A stretch of 64,000 nucleotides of DNA from Eutreptiella sp. 'Long Island Sound 2002' (Eukaryota; Protista; Euglenida). The stretch lies in the NCBI GenBank assembly GCA_964036045.1, contig OZ038379.1, positions 15,562,001 to 15,626,000 of the forward strand. Direction: 5' to 3'. Position numbers and translations under genes: made by a program. Positions 48,801 to 60,299 of the stretch are shown here, one piece after another (the stretch's first letter is position 1; each line of letters starts with the position of its first letter). The notes under the pieces were generated by a model. It did no database searches and had not been told where the DNA came from. It saw only the letters and a list, made by a program, of their open reading frames with translations.

Positions 48801-51800
48801 TGGATCTGAATTTATCCATCTATCTCACTCGGGGGGGGGGGGGGGGGGGCTGGGGTATGAGTGATGCTTTCAGGGTACCATAACCCCGAGCAGGTGAGTC
48901 TCCATGCCCCAACAAATACTGTGTGCAGGTTGGCGTCGAGGAAACACACTCTGTTGTGTGCCAGTTCACTTTGATTCTGTGTGGCATGTTTGATTCCCAT
49001 GGAACGTAGCTGCTCGCCTTTGGTTTAAATGGGTGCAGTACCTTGGTTTACATTAGGACCAGAATGTACAGATCCAGAATGACAGCCTGTTTTTGTTCTG
49101 CTTTTTTACCCCATTCTCTCGTTAGGTTCGTTTGTTTGCTGATTCGATCTTCTTGAGTATAGATTTCACTATGTTTGAGACTTTGAACCTGCTGATGAGC
49201 TGTCAATGGGTGACCACCATAAAATTTTGACAGCTCGGATCTTGGTCTGTTAAAAAAAAAGGACAGGTTGGGGAGTTCAGCATGGGCACGGACTGTGCGC
49301 CATCTTGGGCCAGTTCACCCCTTCGCTGCTTTGGAAAAAACCAAGTGGGGTTGGAAATTGTGGCTGTGCCGCGGCATGGATGATAACCTCCTGATCCGCT
49401 GTTGAAACAAAAAGTAAATCCACGCAACACCTGCACACGTGCATGCGCAGTCCCGCCGCACCTTCTGGCCATGCTACTTAGGGGCACGACAGCCGGCAGG
49501 AGATCGGTACTGTGCACGTGCGAATCGGCGGGGAGCGCATCTACAAATACGATGATGACGATTACTCGGTGGACGACGACGATTCTGAGATTCTCCCATC
49601 GAGGATCATCACCCGAGGGCAATCGGCAGGTGTGGATCGTGTAAGTGATGACGGTGTGTCATCTCCTCATGTGGAAACAATGAAGCAGAAGGCACAATGG
49701 GCAGTCCCATGCGGGAAACATGCGCGCGGTGCGCCCTGCGGTGCACTGTCCAAGGCAGTTTTGCTGCACAGATTTGCACAGAGCGTTGCCCTTCCCTCGT
49801 GCAGCGTTTCCTTAAGGCACCGCGCGCCTGCTGCTGTGCATGTGTCTCGGCATGAGCATGGGGCAGCCGTGCACCCCCTTATGTTTGTGCTGCTCCTTCA
49901 AGTCACCGCTTGCCTGCAACTGTGCAAATGGGCAATAGCAACGCGCACACGGTGCGGCGCGGTGCCGTCCCTCCCTGCCGCGGGCGGCGTGGACACGAGC
50001 CTGGCTGCTGCAAGCGCAGGGGGTGTGACGATATTTGCGTTTGCAGCATCAGACCGTAGGTTCGTCGCTGCAACATGCTCATCCAACACTGTTCTGCACG
50101 ACAGTGACCCTGAAGCGGGACCCAGCGAAGCCGGTATCTCGTAGCTTCGATCTCAGTGCCGACGACCCTGAGAGGACGCACCGAATGGCGGACCTGTGGC
50201 GCGAGCAGCTCGGCGCCGAGAGGGTGGTGATCGCGCACCCGGTGTCGAGCGAGGTCAAGGCCTCGGAGGAGAGCAAGCGGCAGTGGGCTTACGCGCAGCA
50301 CAAGGCGTTGGAGGAGGAGGCAGAGCGCATGCGGGTGTCTCACGAGAAGCGGGAACGTGAGTTGGAGGCGCGGCGCGCGAATGAGCTGCGGATCAGGCGG
50401 GAAGAGGTGACACCTGTTCCCTCCAGCCCCACACCGTGCCTTTGGCCCTGCGACTCGTGCAGGCCGGGATGGCTCTGTGGGCAGACTTGGCAGTTCTCCT
50501 GCAAAAGGGAAAAGATACGGAGGATGGGCAGGAACCAAAACGAAGAAGACGGCAAGAATACACAACTTTAGTCCGCGGCTGCGGCCGTTTTGTGTCACAT
50601 GGGTCTCGATGCCGGCCGACCTTTTTCTAACAAATCGTGGGGTTCCTTGGCTCTATCTCATGGTACCCCCCACCCCCCTCCAAAAGGCCGATGGGCACCG
50701 CCGCCTATGGAGGGAAAGGGTTCAATGGAAGGGCAGCGGTAAGTGGCGAGAGGCCAATGGGCGCCGCCCGCTGCAGATAGCAACACAACCAGGCGTCATG
50801 CCAACAACCCCCCCCCCCCCCCCAAAGGCACCTGACCTATTGACGCCCCCCCCCCCCCAAAGGCATTGCAGTTTATCAGGAGCAAAAACGAGCAATTCAG
50901 GGGTATTCTCGATGATGCCCACGGGGACTTCCACAACTACAGTCGACGGTAGCATTACGACGTGCATAGCAGGAAGTGCAGTTGGCTTCTATTGCGTGTG
51001 GCAAGTCCGCCTCGCAGAGAACTGCTCCCGAGCAAAAAGGGCCCGGTGCTTTGCTGAATGCTTCCCAATACGCTGATATAGCCCCAAAATGGGCATGGAC
51101 ACCTTTGGGTGGGCCTCGTGGGTGCTGCACGGCTCCCTATGGGTTTGCATGGGCTCCCATGGTCATCAAATGATGGCTCAAGGTACATGGGCTACATGGG
51201 CTTGTGTGCTTGTAGAGTCGCCAACTGATGACCACCACCAAGCCAGGGGTGTCCAGGGGTCAGCGAGGGTCGCCCGCAATTCGCAATTCTATTGCCTTTG
51301 ACAGGTCCACTTTGCAGAGAATTACTCTGTTCAACCTACAGCAGAGTGGGGCATCTGTTTTGCATGCATCGATACAAATCGGTTGACGTGGCCTGACAAC
51401 AGCCCTTCCAGGGGCCTACCTACACCATCCATTGGGCCCCATTGGTACTACATGCCACTCCCGTTTGCGTGACACCGGATGTGAATGAGGGACCAGACGT
51501 GTGTGACATCTGTATGAAGTGTCCCCATAGGACCCCTGCGACCCCACCATTGGTCACGGGGCCCATGTAAAAGGAAATACTTGAACGGTGCCTGGGTGTG
51601 AGTCGATGAATAGTGGCCGCCATAGGCCGGGTAAGTTTCGTCCACCCCCAATCTGGTTCTTCAAACCGCAGGCATTCACCGATGTCAGAGCTGCATGCTG
51701 CATTCTGCATCCCACCAGCCCCATCACCGAGCCCTGTCCTTTTCATGTGCCCCCCCCCCCCTTTAGAATGAAGCTCGAGTCTTGCCTGCAGTGCCCGCCC

Positions 51801-53462
51801 CTCACCAGCCATGGCTGTCCCGACGTGGTGCACGCAGCACAGTGCGCCCCAGGCAGGAACCAGCGAACCACCACCAGACCCAGACGCCGCGACCGCAACC
51901 ACCCAGGAAGTCCTCTATGATGGTCACGGGGCAGTCAGTCTCCTGGTGAGCGACGCCCTGCACCAGTCCGCAGATGTGCCCTAGGGGGAGGGCACGGAGT
52001 GCAGCAGTGGCCTGGAGTCCGATGCACGCGCGGGAAGGACACCACGTATAGTGATGGAGCGGACGGCAGCCAATCCAGAAACCACCCGGTACAAACCCTC
52101 ACTGGACCCTCACTGCACAGCACACACACGGCCGGCAACGCCACGGGAAGGTGGTCCGGGGGGGGGGGGGGGGGGTTCGAGCGGCAAACCCCAATAAGGC
52201 AGTTTCACCCGCCTATCGCGAAGGCGGCAGTGGCTCCACCCCTCAGGCCTCACGGGCCCAAAGAGGCAACTGATGGCGACGCGGCCCGGCAGCGGCGGCG
52301 GTCAGCCACGGCGCAAGGGTCCAACCCAAACCCAAACCCAAAGCCCCTTTTAGTTCCCCTTGTTCGCACGGGGGGGGGGGGGGGTGCAGAGGGTGTCCAT
52401 ACGCCCGACACAGTGCGTGCACCACGAGTGCCCAGGGACTGTGTGCTCCGCAGTGATTTTGTAAGGGGGAGGTGTAGTAAGTCGTCAGTATTGGTCTGTC
52501 TTGGGTGTGTTTGAGGTGCAGCCGGGTCTGACTTACAGATGCACTCATGTCAGAGTGCATTGCCTAAATTTGCAAACTTCCTGCAGTTGTGCTTCATTCT
52601 GTTGGTTTTTCATCCAATCTCAACCTACCAATTAATCCCCCCCCCCCCATCCCTGCCTCTCAATTATGTAGGTGCCCCCACCCCCCTCCACTGCCACCCC
52701 TTTCCATTTGTGGCCCCGCTGAGCCCCCTCACCACCCCCCAACTCCTTCAGTCCTCTCACCTCTCTGCTCTCCCTACCACCCCCTCCCCTTTCACGTTTG
52801 CTCCTGCGTCCGCCAGCAGTGCCCTCAAGCTCCACCACCATTGCACACATCAGGAACGCCGTAAGAAGGAGGACCGCCAGCGGCAGCTGGAAATGGAGTC
52901 TTTCTCACGTGTCTCACTGCGACTCGGTGGACAGCGCCGCAGTGACGAGCCCAAGGAGCCCAAGGAGCCCAAGGCCAGCCGGGGCAGGAGTGGCTACGGT
53001 GCTGGTTACATCAACTATCGCTCTGCAAGGACCACGCCGGGTGCGGGTTACAAGTCGCCGTACGCGCAGCAGCCATACCACCCGTTGCGGAGTCGCACAA
53101 AATCACCCTCGAAGCCCAAACGGACCCGAACCACAACCCCCACTGCCCCGCACACAAACGCCTCTGGGGTCTCCATTGTTGGAGGCGCTTCCAGCCCCCC
53201 AAAGCCCACAACTGCTGACAACCGCAGCGCAGACACCGCGGTGAACCTCCGGGATCTGACCCGGCTGAATAAGCCGTCGTATTGTGGGACGGATTATTAT
53301 TTCAAGAATGGGGATCCGCGTGACATGGGTCACGACAAATACAAATCGAAGGGGGCGGTGCCCTTCGGCAAACTCTCCAAAGGGCGGCCATTTACCTACG
53401 AAAGCCCGTTGGATGCCAAGCTTGGGGACCCTGTGCACTACTCACCCGCAGATACCAGATAG
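42263..53462 (+). CDS. Seven-exon gene for a ~949-aa protein: four C2 domains, coiled coil, basic low-complexity tail
   Basis: Exons 42263-42807, 43213-43843, 44457-44777, 46329-46622, 49482-49629, 50105-50406 and 52854-53462 total 2850 nt, are GT-AG and in phase. C2 motifs: AMDFTSSDPY/WDSDIGADD, KTDIIGQSEPY/WDDDKLGKDD, KMDFSKGADPY/WDDDKLSSDD, ATADPY/MDHDEGSSDD. Small extra exons cannot be excluded. Confidence 0.88.
43213..43843 (+). CDS. C2 gene exon 2 (C2B and start of C2C)
   Basis: ttctccag acceptor; gtagta donor. Confidence 0.92.
44457..44777 (+). CDS. C2 gene exon 3 (rest of C2C)
   Basis: VKKNTLKPEW...HSSDYQ; the donor position is somewhat uncertain. Confidence 0.85.
45057..45729. mobile_element. 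~670-bp intronic dispersed repeat, possibly with a 9-bp TSD
   Basis: gaatctggc at 45048-45056 and 45730-45738; the interior ~45530-45600 matches the middle of the CACG MITEs; no clear TIR. Confidence 0.4.
46329..46622 (+). CDS. C2 gene exon 4 (C2D)
   Basis: NLDVEVVEASGL...HLVLACP; gtatgt donor. Confidence 0.9.
48285..48500. repeat. Degenerate ~12-bp CAG/CAA-rich minisatellite
   Basis: ccagcaatcaacagca / ccaggaattaacagca-like units. Confidence 0.75.
49482..49629 (+). CDS. C2 gene exon 5 (last C2D strand, acidic stretch)
   Basis: GHDSRQEIGTVHVRIGGERIYKYDDDD...; the phase-1 donor fits the next exon. Confidence 0.7.
50105..50406 (+). CDS. C2 gene exon 6 (coiled coil)
   Basis: ...KALEEEAERMRVSHEKRERELEARRANELRIRREE. 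Confidence 0.8.
52854..53462 (+). CDS. C2 gene terminal exon
   Basis: ERRKKEDRQRQLEME...GDPVHYSPADTR*; continues the coiled coil in phase. Confidence 0.8.
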   Translation, partial: ERRKKEDRQRQLEMESFSRVSLRLGGQRRSDEPKEPKEPKASRGRSGYGAGYINYRSARTTPGAGYKSPYAQQPYHPLRSRTKSPSKPKRTRTTTPTAPHTNASGVSIVGGASSPPKPTTADNRSADTAVNLRDLTRLNKPSYCGTDYYFKNGDPRDMGHDKYKSKGAVPFGKLSKGRPFTYESPLDAKLGDPVHYSPADTR

Positions 53463-54384
53463 CGTACACGGCCTGTCACATTTGTGACACTGCCAGACGT
53501 GCACGGTTTCACACAGCTGTACACCCCTGCGTGACACCATTTGTCCAGTTACGCAGGCACACTCCATTTACGCACCGATTTTTTTCAGCTTTACCTTCTG
53601 AGACTCTCCCCAGAAGTCCTTCTTGGTGTCCATGCAGGACGCACCCAAACCACCGAGCTGCTACTCGTTTGGAGTGCCGGAGAGTCATGTGAGTGTTTGT
53701 TTGGTCCAAAGTTACTGGGGGTTTTTGAAGAGTCAGCCTGGCAGACGAAAGCTTCATCTGATCCCAATGGAGAACTGTAACATCACAACGTTGACCTAGA
53801 GGAATGGGGTAGAGATAAGAGGTGGCGGTACAATCCCTCGCATATTTCTTCTGCTCTAGACCCCCAACCCTCAGCCCGCCCCAGCTGCATGGATCGGTCA
53901 TGCAACAAAGGGTGTGGGCCTAGTGCTTCGCTTGGTGTCCCCCTATTTCCAGTGCGGCGGACAACAACCAACAGTAGGTCTCTCATCATACTTTGCTGGC
54001 ATCCCTTGCATCAAAATTTTTCCGCCCCCCAGCTCCCTCCCCTTTTTTCTTGTAATCTGCATCCAGCCCCTCTTTGCGCTTATCATTTCTCGCCCCCAAT
54101 TCGTTTGGGAAAAACCAACAATGCTACAAAAGGCTAGTTTCCAGTCAGCGAAAACAATTTTTAATTGGTCTGAGTGCACCACTCGCCTATGTCGCTGTAC
54201 TTTGGACCCAATTGGAAGGTGCCATGCTCATGTGCGTGGTGTGTTGTGTTTTTGAGAGTGTGCGTTTTCATCTTGGTGCACACTGAAAACATCAAGCAGG
54301 TGGGCAAAGCTGTAGATTTTTGGTTTTGATGCATCCCACAGCATCAAATTGCACTTGAAGCTCTGCATTTCAATGTGTTTGTGT

Positions 54385-55050
54385 CTATTTATGTGTGTTT
54401 ATGTGTGTGGATGTGTGTGTGTGTGTGTGTGTAACTGACTGGGGTAACTCCGGGGTAACTGACGGGGAATCCGATCTTCGTTTGTTCTGTACAGGCTTCT
54501 GGTACAGTGCAGCTGCCAGAGGCCGCCCAGAAATTCGTCTTGAACATGATGCATCCCCCGCGATGTGAGCTCCTCCCTGTCTGTCCCCGTTACTCCAGAA
54601 AGGCGCCTATTGGTGGCGAACATGCTCTGTCTTGTTTGACGTTCCAACTGACGAGGATTCTGACACTCGGAAACCGCGTTGTGCCCGTTTGTCTTGCAAT
54701 CGTGTGTGTGTCTGTCTGTGTGTGTGTGTGTGTGTGAAATTCGATAAGGGCACCCGTTGCTCACACGCGAAGTGTGTGTACGTGTGGTTCTGGATTTGCT
54801 GTTGGGCAGCATGGCACGGAGAAACGCCCTGTGCACAGGGGTGCAGCATGTTGTTGTGCAAGGGGTTGAGAGCAGCATCTGGAGATGCTAAAGTACCAAT
54901 GCCTCAATTTTTTCGCGATCTGATAGTATGCAAGCGATACCATGTGTGGCAAAGAGTTTTTGCATGTCGTTGACGTGGTGTGTGTCCGTCTGTGCTGCGT
55001 GTGTGCGCATGCGTGTGTGCGTGCATGCGTGCGTGCGTGCGTGTGTGTCG
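54385..55050. repeat. Three (TG)n-rich microsatellites
   Basis: ~54385-54431, ~54702-54735 and ~54978-55048. Confidence 0.9.
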
Positions 55051-58000
55051 AGAAGGTTATGGCTCAAATAAACCTTGAAAGTCCAAGGTGTTGCTTTTGA
55101 ATTTGCCTGGTAGTTGCAGCACAGCAGTGCAACAGAAGGATGACGGACCATACGGACGATACGGAGCAGGATGTTCATGTTATTGTTTTGGCATTGCTCA
55201 ATTGCTTGGCTGCCAGTCTGCTGTCCGTTGATTTACGGCTGTCAGTTCCTGCTCAGCACCAACGCCAATGCATATTTGATGCTTTGATGCATTTTCCTTA
55301 TTAGCCCAAAGGGCAGAGTACCATGGGCTCGATTGCTCCCGCATTCTGGTTATAGGTTTAAATGAGATACATTGCATCCACCCCACTGTCCTCCTTGAAA
55401 GCCATATCCTGGGAGAGTGTCTCCCTCTGACAGTATGTACACTGCCTTTTGGCACCCATCAGCAATTGTCCATGCTTGTGGTGTGCAGTCATCTGATGCT
55501 TCGCTGTTTGTTTCAAGTGTACCAGGTAAAAACTTCAAATGAACAAAAAAGTGGAGGCAAATGATATTTTCCCTGCGAATATTTGCTGGTAAATGCAAGT
55601 TCCCTTGGTCAAACAAGGACCTGGGGGTTTGTGGCATCAACAATTGCACCAATGCTGGCACCATTTCTCATACATACTGCACACTGATTACAGGATTACA
55701 GGATGTTGCAGATTTTGAAAGGTGGATTAAAGAGTTTTGTCGGCCTCATTTTTTTTGCATTTTGCATTTGCTGTTGCTGCTAACACAATTGCAGACAATG
55801 AACAATATTTTCTGTACACAACCCTTGAAATCTGAGTGAATGGGTGTGTTGCCACAGCCTGGCCCGGTTTGCAATTTCACCCCATTTCCCATTGTTGGTT
55901 TGGGTAATCTGCTTAACAACCCCGAAGTATTTTCAGTTTAGGGGAGCCTTTGGAAGAAATGCATTGGGAAACAAGGGGTCCGCTTTTCATGCAGGTACCA
56001 AGCATCCACTGTCCAACATAGCACTCACAAACCGCCAACAGGCCTTGTTTTTTATGGAAACCATCCAGCAAACCAAATGAGGAAGGAGAAAACACTCATT
56101 GTTTGTAAAAAAGTGTCAGTGCCGAGACAGCCCGCTGGCACATGTGCTGGGCAGTGTAAAGAAGAATGGTATAAGAGGAAGATGACAAACAGTTTTGTTA
56201 GGTTGATATGATTCATGCACATTGAGTTTTGTTGAGGCGTTCTCGCTCTAACACTTGCCACAAAGAATCAACCTCCTGAGTCAAGTCCATCATTGAGCAC
56301 TCCAAGCGCCACCGCTCTATTTGCACACCCTGTAGCTCAAGCCGTTGTTTTCTTTTCAGTTCACCACTTTACAAAGAGGGAGGCTATATTCATACCACTT
56401 GAACTCACCATGCGTGGTGTTGCTTTGTGCCGCCCCCGCACAGGAGCATCCCCGGCTCCTGCTCCCACGGAGCTTGTCCCCCTCAGAAGCTGGTCTCCGC
56501 GGGCGGTGCTCCTCAGGAGCTTGTCCCCTGGCTCCATAGGAGCTAGCAGCTCGTTAGGAGACGATCGGCTCCAGAAGAGCACATCAGCTTTTTGCAAAAA
56601 TCTGTAAGTCTCAACCACCCACCAAGGATGGCTCACCTGGGATCGCGAGCCATACATATGTCTGCAAATAACCCACATTGGTTCTCACAAGCACTACAAT
56701 TAAAAAACGGATGCCCGGTCGTCGCCCAAGAAGGACATTGTTTGAGCAAGTATCATCGTTCCTTGATTCGCATGACACACACAATGCTGCAATCGATAGA
56801 AGAATTTGCTTCTCCAAGAGCACAACACATGTTGCCCACAACCTACAAAATACACGGGGGCGGGCAACCAGCGGTGCTCCATCTGACAAAGCACACGAAT
56901 AGAGTCGGAGTTTGAATCAGTCCCGTCTGTAGCCTTTTTTAGATGGATAGATTAATGCAACTGTGTCATGTGCATTTCGGGATCCATTGGCATGCAGTGA
57001 GAACACCTCTCGCATTTTGTGGAGTGGGGCATTTGGGTTGGTGAACATCTGTTCAGGGAAACACTTCATCCCTGGTTTCCTTCCCTCCTCAACTGAAAGG
57101 TATTTGTTGGCGTAGCATTCATATGCATCATAGAGATCTTTTATCTTTATCTCATACCCAGAACGTTTCGGAGTATTATTCAATGTCCTCTCTCGAATGA
57201 CGCATGCTTTGTGAAGCCGGTTCGGACCCCCGTGGCCATTTTTGGGTCACTTGGGGTGTGTATCTATGGGCCGGCAAGCCGCCATTGGCTGATATCATAC
57301 TCTCCCATTCACCTGACCTAACCTGATGTGATAGTGTGGTAGGCTTGGCCATTCCAGCTATGAGCGGCCATATTCACAACCGAGGCGCCGCCGGCTGAGA
57401 TTTATATATCAAAATATCAGGAATCAACAGGGTTTTTTTTATCATAATGTTTCCGTAATTTTTCAGCTATCCGTTCTGATTGTCAATGTATCGGCGACTG
57501 TCAGTTGGCTCGCGATTTTGCGGTAACCGATTGGTTAACTGTTATTTCCAGATATTTTAGCGGAAACCCCGATGAAGGGTCAGATTTCATCAGAAAAGGG
57601 TTCGTTGCTTCCGCAATTTTCATGTTATACACTCGCAAAATTAATCCCATTTTTTCAGACATTCATAATCGGATTGTTGATTTCGAGGTCGCCGCACTGG
57701 ATATGATGAATTTCGAGTGGTCCTACATTTTCCCCCGATCACGAATCAACCTTCCTTTTGTTGTCTCCTTCATTTTTCTTGGAGATATAGGCGAAACAAG
57801 ATTGATTCGTGAGGCCACTTTGAAAAATCATATCTCCGGCTCGCGAGGAATCCCAATTTTGAGACTTGGGTTGGAACCGCCTTGGTCTCAACTTAATTTA
57901 GGAAGCGTCAAACGCCCTTGGTATGCACACCTGCCCGTGGTATCAAAGGATCATGGTCAAGAGGGTAGAAAGTGCTCTACAACTCTGGGACCATGATACC

Positions 58001-58659
58001 GAATATTTTAATATGGGTTTCGAGTGTACCGCACGAGTGTTGGTGTTGCATAGAAACTTTCCTTGGGTTCCTACGTATTTTTAACGTGAAGTTATGTCCA
58101 TGGAGGGGCATGGCATACCATGGTGGGAGCCACTTTTAAGGGTATGTGTTATATGGATGGTATGTGCTTCGCTATGCTCACGCCCATGTTATATACCTCC
58201 GTTTGTAGGAAGATATGTGGAGTCATACGTGGCAAGGGCTTTGCCCATGTCCCAATGGTGAGCTCCATAGCGCTAGACTAAGTCTACTGCACATATAGTG
58301 CATGTGGGAAGGCTTACAGAGCGACCCACAAGCGCCACTATCAATTTTCCCATTTGTTGAGCGTGTCCATGGAAGCGGGGAAGTTGGGATGGTTGGGGGG
58401 GGGCAGGGTTTGCAGGGTCACTTTTTTTTTTCTTAACCAGAGCCGAGGAGATGGGGTGTGATGGTGTGGTGATATTGTGGTAGCTGGTCGCTACTTCTTC
58501 CAGCACCACATCTGTGAAGAGCTCTATGTCTGCCGGGGATAAAGACTCAAATTCGGGGAGGGTAGACTCGCACCATCGCGCCAGGGGGGCGAGGGAGTCG
58601 TGGTGCTTGGAGCGCTCCTGCTCCGTCAGTTTGCGGAAAACTTTCCTCTTAGTGGTGGG

Positions 58660-59420
58660 TGTTTCAGAGAAGGGGTGGGGGGGGACTTGAGAGGTGTACG
58701 TGACTGGGTGGCGGTCTGATGTTTTGTCGTCGGTTTGGACGGTTGCAGAGGTGGGGGCAAAAATTCCGAGGCCGCCGGGGAGAGCAAAATATGGTCGAGT
58801 CGGCTGCTGCTTGCCCTGTACGGGGTGGGGTATCGGGAGAAAGACCGCTCGGTCGGGTGAAAGTGCCGGAAGGTATCGATGAGGCGTGGCGGGTCGCTCG
58901 TGACCTGCCTGCGGAGCCATGGCCACTCGTTGTCCGTTTGGAGGTTCGCTCCGTCCAGCTCAGGGCACATTATGCAGTTGGTGTCTCCGCCTAGGACGTG
59001 GTTGGGATACTGATGCATGAGTGGCCGCAGGATGTTTTCAATTTTTGAGCGGTGGACGTCTGCGCTCGGGGCGTATACCGAGACCAACAAGGTGGGCGGG
59101 GCCCCCGGGGGGGGGAGAACGGCTGCCGCCAGTAGCCCTACAGTATCGAGTCGGGGGAGGGGGGTAACGAAACGGGCGAGCCGGGGGGAGCAAACCAAAA
59201 CGGAGCCGTGCTCGCCTCTGGAGTGTTTGTCCTGGCTGATGTTCGAAACAATGGCGGCTTTAGTGCCCGAACCGTACGCGTATACGTGGGGAAGGATGGG
59301 GGCGTGATTGATTTCTTGGAGGAAGAGGATGTCGAAGTCGTTCTTGAGGTGTCGGAGAATTTGGCTGCTCACTATAGGTTTCTTTCGCAAGTTGTGCGAC
59401 AGAAAACGCAGTTCTGAGGG
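58660..59420 (-). pseudogene. Apurinic-like (APE/EEP) endonuclease of the LINE
   Basis: LRFLSHNL, DILFLQE, VSVYAP, LGGDTN, LIDTFRHFHP, SRLDHILLS, then after a frameshift at the A-run 58759-58763 TSDRHPV. Confidence 0.93.
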
Positions 59421-59733
59421 GAGGGGTATGGGGGGGCGGTGAGGCCGTTGGTACCCCTTCCGTAGGCGCGTACCGGACTTCGGGGGGGGCGGGATAGGGG
59501 GGGGCTGGGGGGGTGCCTCGGAGTCTGGCTGGCTGGGCTGGCTAAGGCAACGGAAATGCTGAATTTGGTCGGCTGGTATTCCAGCCGAGGCGAGCTCTTC
59601 GTCTAGCCCCTTGCCGGTGACTGAGGAAGCCGTGACTGGGCCGGTGATTCACTGAATCTTGACCCTTGTGTTTTCAGGCAGAGGGGGCTGGAGAGCGCAG
59701 GAGGCGGGTATCCGGCCCTCTGGCTTTCGTGGG

Positions 59734-60290
59734 TTAGCTTGCCTGTGGGATGTGGCAGAGGATTAGAGCGAGCCGAGGGATGGTACGCGGGACAGTTAGC
59801 CCAAACACTTCGTCTTCCCTCCGTCGGGGTATCCTGTGGTGCCACTCATGGCGTGCGGCCCCCGTGAGGACCAGGAGAGAGCGGGCAAAGAAGCGGATGC
59901 GGAAAGAGTCCCCGTTGGAGGGGTTTTTAAAGAACATTGTGGTGTCCGACTGGGAACCAAAAATGGACACCGGGTCGCCTAGCAAGGGGTCGTCCCTGTG
60001 GTAGCCGATGCCCTCTCCCGGGAGATACATTGTGCCCGTGATTTGGTTGGGGGGGGGTGCGAGAGGCCCAGTCGCCCCAGCGCGGCATTGTAGGTTTGGA
60101 TGATAGAGGAAAACTCTTCCGGGATGTGGGACGTGGCGTTGACTTTGTTCGGGCCGAGGTATGCGTGGCCGAAGTGTTGGACTGAGCGCCCGTGGTATTT
60201 CTCCCACGTGTTGTCGTGGAGAACCTTTTTTACCGTTTCCTCTTGGCTCTCGGAGAATACGTCGCGGACGTAATAAAAACCAGTAGGGAG
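59734..60290 (-). pseudogene. AlkB-family 2OG-Fe(II) dioxygenase domain, one frameshift at the G9 run 60049-60057
   Basis: LPTGFYYVRDVFSESQE...W...RSVQHFGHAY, then PNQITGTMYLPGEGIGYHRDD (HxD), RSLLVLTGAARHEWHHRIP (distal His), RTIPRLALIL (2OG-binding Arg). Confidence 0.88.
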
Positions 60291-60299
60291 GCGGAGGTC

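Noticed and set aside
57505-57996. 163-aa ORF
   Set aside because: No recognisable motif, alternative start codon, no splice or homology support
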